Assembly (NCBI GenBank): GCA_040756875.1
Contig: JBFLYH010000002.1
Coordinates: 991,078-1,055,077 of the forward strand
Length of the DNA: 64,000 bases
Source: a candidate division FCPU426 bacterium
GTDB lineage: Bacteria > Oederibacteriota > JAAXVQ01 > JAUVAV01
Direction of reading: 5' to 3'
Position 1 is the stretch's first letter. Each line of letters starts with the position of its first letter. Made by a program: the position numbers and the translations under genes. The notes under the pieces were generated by a model. That model had not been told where the DNA came from. It ran no database searches and worked only from the letters and a program-made list of their open reading frames with translations. This document shows positions 59,564-64,000 of the stretch, one piece after another.

Positions 59564-62093
59564 ACGACGCTCCCCGCGGCGGTCTGCTCCCGCCTGGCGG
59601 GAAAAGATCGCCGGGTTCTATCATTTGACCCAACCCGGCTGGCTGGGCCTGGCCGTGGTCCTGGCCTGGATGGGGCAGGACGCTTTCGCCGGCCGCCATC
59701 TCGCGGTCGGCCTTGTTTGGTGGCTGGCGGCCATGGTCCTGGCCGGCAGCGCCTACTGGCGCCAGCCCGACCGCATTGACTCCGAAAAAAACCTGACGCC
59801 CAGACTGGAGGGCTGGATCCTGGCGGCGGTCGTGGCCGTCGCGGCCGTGGTCCGCTGGTGGCACCTGGCGGACATTCCGCACGGCTACCATTTCGACGAG
59901 GCCATGAACGCACTCATCGGCCTGCAAATGCTCCAGGACCCCGCCTATGTCCCGATTTTCGGCCCTCCGGACGCGCCCCTGCCCACGCTGTACCATTACT
60001 ACAATTTGATTGCCCTCAAGCTCGGCGGCATCAGCGCCTATGCCACCAAGTGGGTGCCGGCCATGGCCGGCACGGCCACGGTGGCGGTCTTTTATTTTCT
60101 GGCCCGCAGGGTGGTCTCGCGGCCCGTGGCCCTGGCCGCGGCTTTGCTGCTGGCGCTGATGCGCTGGCACATCAATTTTTCGCGCATCAACTACGTGGGC
60201 ATTCTCACGCCCCTGTTTGCGGCCTCGGCCGGGTATTTCCTCCTGCGCGGCCTGGAGACGAAAAACCGCTGGCACATGGCCTGGTCCGGGCTCTCGGTCT
60301 CCCTGGGGCTTTACACGTATTACGCCTCCAACCTGGTGCCGTTCGTGCTGGGGCCCTACCTGGCGCTGCAGCTGGTGTGGGACCGGGACTTCCTGCGGCG
60401 GCAGTGGCAGGGCCTGCTGTTTTTCCTGGGCGTGTCCCTGGCGGTGTTCGCGCCCCTGGGCATCTTCGCCCTGACCGAGCCGCAGCGCTTTTTCGTGCGC
60501 AACCAGCAGGTGCTGATCTTCAACCACGTCCCGCCCGAACAGGCCGTGTCCGCGTTTTGGAACAACGTCAAGACCACGCTGCTCATGTTCAATTATTTCG
60601 GCGACTGCAACGGCCGCCACAACCTGCCCGAAACGCCCATGCTCGATCCGGTGACCGGCGTGCTTTTCGGCCTGGGCCTGGCCTGGAGCCTGGCGCACCT
60701 GCACCGGCCGCACGCCTTTTTGGCCGTGTGGTGGTTCCTGGTGGCCCTGGTGCCGGGGTTCCTGACCATCGAAGCGCCGCAGGGCTACCGCTGCATCGGC
60801 GCGATCGTGCCTGTGGCCCTGCTCGCGGCGATCGGGTTGGAACGCCTGTGGCAGGCGGCAAAAGATTTGGTCACCGGCACTCGCGTGAGCCGCTGGTTGT
60901 GGCTGGCGCTCCCGCTGCTCCTGGCGTGGATCGGCGTGCACAACGTGGGCATTTATTTCGGGCGCCAGGCCAATCATACGGCCTGCTGGTCCGAATTCAA
61001 CGCGGCCGAGGCGGGCATGGGCTGGCACCTGGCAAAACTCGGCCCCCGCACGCACGCGTACATTTCCGCCGGGTCGTACAACTATCCCACCATCCGCTTT
61101 TTGGCCCAGGCGGCGCTGGATTCCGAACCCTTCCAGCTCATCCACTCCCTGCCCTCGAACGATCCGGGCGACAAGGACCTGAGTTACCTGCTCCTGCCGA
61201 TCCACGACGGCGCGCTGGAACTGCTGCGCTTCTACTATCCGGGCGGCAAGGAAACCGCGCACCGCAGCCCCTTTGATTTCACGCTTTTTACCTCCTACGA
61301 GGTCAGCCGCCAGGAAGTGCTGGCCAACCGGGGCCTGGCCGGAATTTATCTGGGCGCGGAAGGGAAACGGAAGGAAGTCCGGACGGTTTTTCCTTTCCGT
61401 CCCGCTTCCTTGGAGATGAGCGGGCCGGTCACGGCGAAATGGGAGGGGAGCCTGCGTTTTCCAAATTCAGGCCGCTACCTGCTGCGCCTGGAAGGCGCTG
61501 CGACGGCTCGGATTTACCTGGACGGCCGCCTGCTGGGTTCGGAAGGTGTGGCTGCCGCCGAGGGCTGGCATCGGCTGAGCGTGTCTGCCACGCTGTCCGG
61601 CGAGCGCGCGGTTGCGCTGTATTGGCGGCGGGACAGCGCGGCCGCCCCCTGGAATTTGGTGCCGGACTGGTCGCTTTCGCCCAAAACCGAAGTGCACGGC
61701 CTGACCGGGGCCTATTTCCGCACCACGGATTGGAGCGGTGACCCGCTGTTCAGGCGCGTGGACCCGCTGCTGTCGCTTTTGGGCCACGACTTTTCGCTCT
61801 CCGCGCCTTTTTCCGTGCGCTGGGAGGGAACGATCAACGCGCCGCGCGACGGCCATTATCTTTTTGAGGTATTATCCAACGAAGCCGCCTGGTTGTATAT
61901 TGACGGCAAACTGGCGGTCGCCAACGAGGAAGCCGACCGCACCAGCCAGTCGACGATCCGCCTCGCCGCCGGTCCGCACGCCATCCGCATTGACTACCAG
62001 AAAAAAGCCGGCGCCTACCCCCGCCTAGTGCTGTCCTGGCAAGCGCCCGGACAGGCCAAGACCAAACTTCCGTTCACCGTCCTGTCGCCGTAG
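59553..62093 (+). CDS. PMT/ArnT-like GT-C glycosyltransferase with two PA14 domains
   Basis: HFDEA, WHINFSR, GDCNGRHN...PMLDP, EAPQ.YR; PA14 FSVRWEG.I.AP..G.Y.F, L.AG.H.I. Confidence 0.88.
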   Translation: MAVRRRSPRRSAPAWREKIAGFYHLTQPGWLGLAVVLAWMGQDAFAGRHLAVGLVWWLAAMVLAGSAYWRQPDRIDSEKNLTPRLEGWILAAVVAVAAVVRWWHLADIPHGYHFDEAMNALIGLQMLQDPAYVPIFGPPDAPLPTLYHYYNLIALKLGGISAYATKWVPAMAGTATVAVFYFLARRVVSRPVALAAALLLALMRWHINFSRINYVGILTPLFAASAGYFLLRGLETKNRWHMAWSGLSVSLGLYTYYASNLVPFVLGPYLALQLVWDRDFLRRQWQGLLFFLGVSLAVFAPLGIFALTEPQRFFVRNQQVLIFNHVPPEQAVSAFWNNVKTTLLMFNYFGDCNGRHNLPETPMLDPVTGVLFGLGLAWSLAHLHRPHAFLAVWWFLVALVPGFLTIEAPQGYRCIGAIVPVALLAAIGLERLWQAAKDLVTGTRVSRWLWLALPLLLAWIGVHNVGIYFGRQANHTACWSEFNAAEAGMGWHLAKLGPRTHAYISAGSYNYPTIRFLAQAALDSEPFQLIHSLPSNDPGDKDLSYLLLPIHDGALELLRFYYPGGKETAHRSPFDFTLFTSYEVSRQEVLANRGLAGIYLGAEGKRKEVRTVFPFRPASLEMSGPVTAKWEGSLRFPNSGRYLLRLEGAATARIYLDGRLLGSEGVAAAEGWHRLSVSATLSGERAVALYWRRDSAAAPWNLVPDWSLSPKTEVHGLTGAYFRTTDWSGDPLFRRVDPLLSLLGHDFSLSAPFSVRWEGTINAPRDGHYLFEVLSNEAAWLYIDGKLAVANEEADRTSQSTIRLAAGPHAIRIDYQKKAGAYPRLVLSWQAPGQAKTKLPFTVLSP

Positions 62094-62106
62094 GCACGAT
62101 CTGGAA

Positions 62107-62156
62107 ATATTTATTTTGTAGGGGCGTTCAATTGAACGCCCCTACAAAATAAATAT
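62107..62156. repeat. GTAG-type REP palindrome, copy 2, extended to a 50-bp perfect palindrome between convergent genes
   Basis: ATATTTATTTT-GTAGGGGCGTTCAATTGAACGCCCCTAC-AAAATAAATAT. Confidence 0.88.
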
Positions 62157-62231
62157 CCTTTCGCCCTGCGTCAGCGGGCGAGGGTGCGGGCGAGGGGGAC
62201 TCCCAACGACAGTGCTTTGAAACCATGCGTC

Positions 62232-63689
62232 CTACCCAGCGCTACTTTTGTAAGCCTGTTTGTCCGAGTGGTCTTTGAGGAAGATCCGGGTCACCAGGGC
62301 CTGCAGGCCGTTCCACAGGCGCAGGAGATTGCGCGGGTGGCGCAGGAGCATGCCCAGGTAGCCCAGGAGCACGCGCGGCCGGAAGTAGAAGCGCCGGTAG
62401 GCCAGCTTGGAATAGGCCTCCAGGTCCTGGGCCGTGAGGCCGTGGGGGATGAAGGACGGGTACTGCAGATTCATCTTGCTCCAGGTCCGGTCAAAGGTTC
62501 CGTACTGGTCGGCGATCTCGTAGGCCGGAGTGCCGGGCAGGGGCGTGAAAGTCGTGAAGTGGAAGTCGTCCAGGGGCAGGCGCAGCAGGAAGTCCAGGGT
62601 CTGGCGGATGGTGTCGTGGGTTTCCCGCATGTGCCCGATCATGAAAAATCCGCGCGTGCGCAGGCCGGCCTGTTTGGTCGCGACCAGCGTGCGCTCGATC
62701 TGCTCCAGGGTCACGTGCTTGCGGATGAAATCCAGGATCAGCTGGGAGCCGCTCTCCACGCCGTAGCTGACCTGCCAGCAGCCCGCCTTTTTCATGAGCC
62801 GGAACAGCTCCGGATTGCCCTGGTCCACCCGCGAATAGCAGGACCAGGTCAGGTCGATCTTTTCGTCGAGCAGGGTGCGGCAGACGGCCTCCACCCGCTC
62901 GGGATGGAAAAGAAAGTTATCGTCGTAGAGGCTGAGGTCGCGCAGGCCGTAGTGCTTGACCAGGTGCCGGATGAGCTTCAGCACGTACTCCGCGCTGAAA
63001 CAGCGCAGGTACCCGTGGATGGACTTGCTGTTGCAGAACAGGCAGTTACCCACGCAGCCGCGCGAGGTCACGATGGTGGTGGAAGGCAGGCGCAGGTAGG
63101 AAGGCGCCGAGGGGCGGTAGCGCCGGACCACGTCCGGCACCAGGTCCCAGGCCGGCAGGGGCAGGACGTCCAGGTCCTTGATCAGCGCCTGTTTGGGCGT
63201 GCGCACCAGGTCGCCCTCGCGGCGGAAAATGATTCCGTTCACGCCGCCGAGGTCCGCGCCCGCGTCCAGGGCCCGAAGCAGGGCGACCACGCTGACTTCC
63301 GCCTCGCCGATCACGCCCAGGTCGAAGCCCGGGAAACGGCGCAGGGTCTCCTCGGGCACGGAACTGAGGTGCGCGCCGCCGACGATGATGGGCAGCGAAG
63401 GCGCCTGCCGCTTGATCAGGTCCGCCAGTTCGGCGGTGCGGTCAATGGAGACCGTGACCGTGGTGATGCCGAGGTAATCCGGCTTGGCGGCCAGCACGCG
63501 CTCCGCGGTTTCAGGGAGGCCGAGGCCGTCGATGGCCGCGTCCAGGATTTCCACCGCATAGCCGGCTTCGCGCGCCACGGCGGCCACGCTCAGCAGGCCG
63601 TAGGGCAGGGAGCGGGCCGTGGCTTTGGCCAGGGCGCCGGAGCGCTCGACTTCGGAAAGCGGGGGATTAAGCAGCAAAAATTTTTTCAT
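62232..63689 (-). CDS. B12-binding radical SAM protein (class B methyltransferase-like)
   Basis: LLNPP, PYGLLS.AA, IIVGG.H, GE.E, TSRGC...C.FC, DDNF, GVESGSQ, FFMIG, PLPGT. Confidence 0.92.
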   Translation of the reverse strand: MKKFLLLNPPLSEVERSGALAKATARSLPYGLLSVAAVAREAGYAVEILDAAIDGLGLPETAERVLAAKPDYLGITTVTVSIDRTAELADLIKRQAPSLPIIVGGAHLSSVPEETLRRFPGFDLGVIGEAEVSVVALLRALDAGADLGGVNGIIFRREGDLVRTPKQALIKDLDVLPLPAWDLVPDVVRRYRPSAPSYLRLPSTTIVTSRGCVGNCLFCNSKSIHGYLRCFSAEYVLKLIRHLVKHYGLRDLSLYDDNFLFHPERVEAVCRTLLDEKIDLTWSCYSRVDQGNPELFRLMKKAGCWQVSYGVESGSQLILDFIRKHVTLEQIERTLVATKQAGLRTRGFFMIGHMRETHDTIRQTLDFLLRLPLDDFHFTTFTPLPGTPAYEIADQYGTFDRTWSKMNLQYPSFIPHGLTAQDLEAYSKLAYRRFYFRPRVLLGYLGMLLRHPRNLLRLWNGLQALVTRIFLKDHSDKQAYKSSAG

Positions 63690-63820
63690 GCGTTGTGTCC
63701 GTTTCCTATCCAATCCCAGGCCGGTGGTATGTTCGCCGAAACGGCCTCAAGGCTTCCGGTATTTGCAGTTCGGATCCGGAAAAGATACCCGGAGCAGGGA
63801 ATTCCAGAGCTGAAAAATGA

Positions 63821-63850
63821 TTGACCTATTTTATTATTTCAGCTTACAAT
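63821..63850 (+). promoter_or_regulatory. Putative sigma70 promoter for the next gene, which appears to start at GTG 63979 and run off the window
   Basis: TTGACC-18nt-TACAAT; SD AGGAG at about 63967-63971. Confidence 0.55.
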
Positions 63851-64000
63851 CAGCAAGCTCTGAAATACATTGGGGATAAAAACCCTTTGGTTTTAACTCC
63901 AACAAACACAATGAAAAGCGTTTGTAGGCCGCGGCCGGTCCGGCCGCGGTGCTGCTTTTTTTAGGCAGGAGCACTCGAGTGGCTGATTCCAACACCACGA

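Noticed and set aside
63911-63985. Short ORF MKSVCRPR... at the window end
   Set aside because: No SD; the SD-preceded GTG at 63979 in another frame is the more likely start of the next, truncated gene.

Overview
GC-rich bacterial chromosome segment, almost all on the + strand. It has four parts. (1) 1-6.2 kb: TCA-cycle genes (icd, mdh, two-subunit class I fumarase, aconitase) and a cyclophilin lipoprotein, followed by a tiny stand-alone transcription unit for a 16-aa Lys-rich peptide. (2) 6.4-14.1 kb: a PyrR-attenuated pyrimidine operon (pyrR-B-C-K-D-[PAP2]-[deacetylase]-F-E). (3) 17.5-63.7 kb: a very large cell-surface glycosylation region. It holds nine GT-C-fold membrane glycosyltransferase-like genes (DUF2723, DUF2298/YYY, TIGR03663, three PMT/ArnT-PA14 fusions and three others), three NHL beta-propellers, a flippase, GT2/GT4 enzymes, a GtrB/ArnC-like enzyme, methyltransferases, a DegT aminotransferase and a B12 radical SAM enzyme. 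A perfect sigma70 promoter with a long structured leader precedes it. (4) Nested at 41.2-54.4 kb is an accessory block that becomes AT-rich. It begins with a 2259-aa Sec-exported protein: dead alpha/beta-hydrolase at the N-terminus, long helical stalk, and an intact AT-rich lipase-like tip. This gene is translationally coupled to candidate immunity genes and followed by a sorting-domain protein and a tail-fibre-like adhesin. This block is the best candidate for an undescribed polymorphic toxin or secreted weapon system. Several palindromic REP/MITE-like elements are present. No tRNA, rRNA, CRISPR array or transposase was seen. All family calls come from motif recognition by eye, not database searches.
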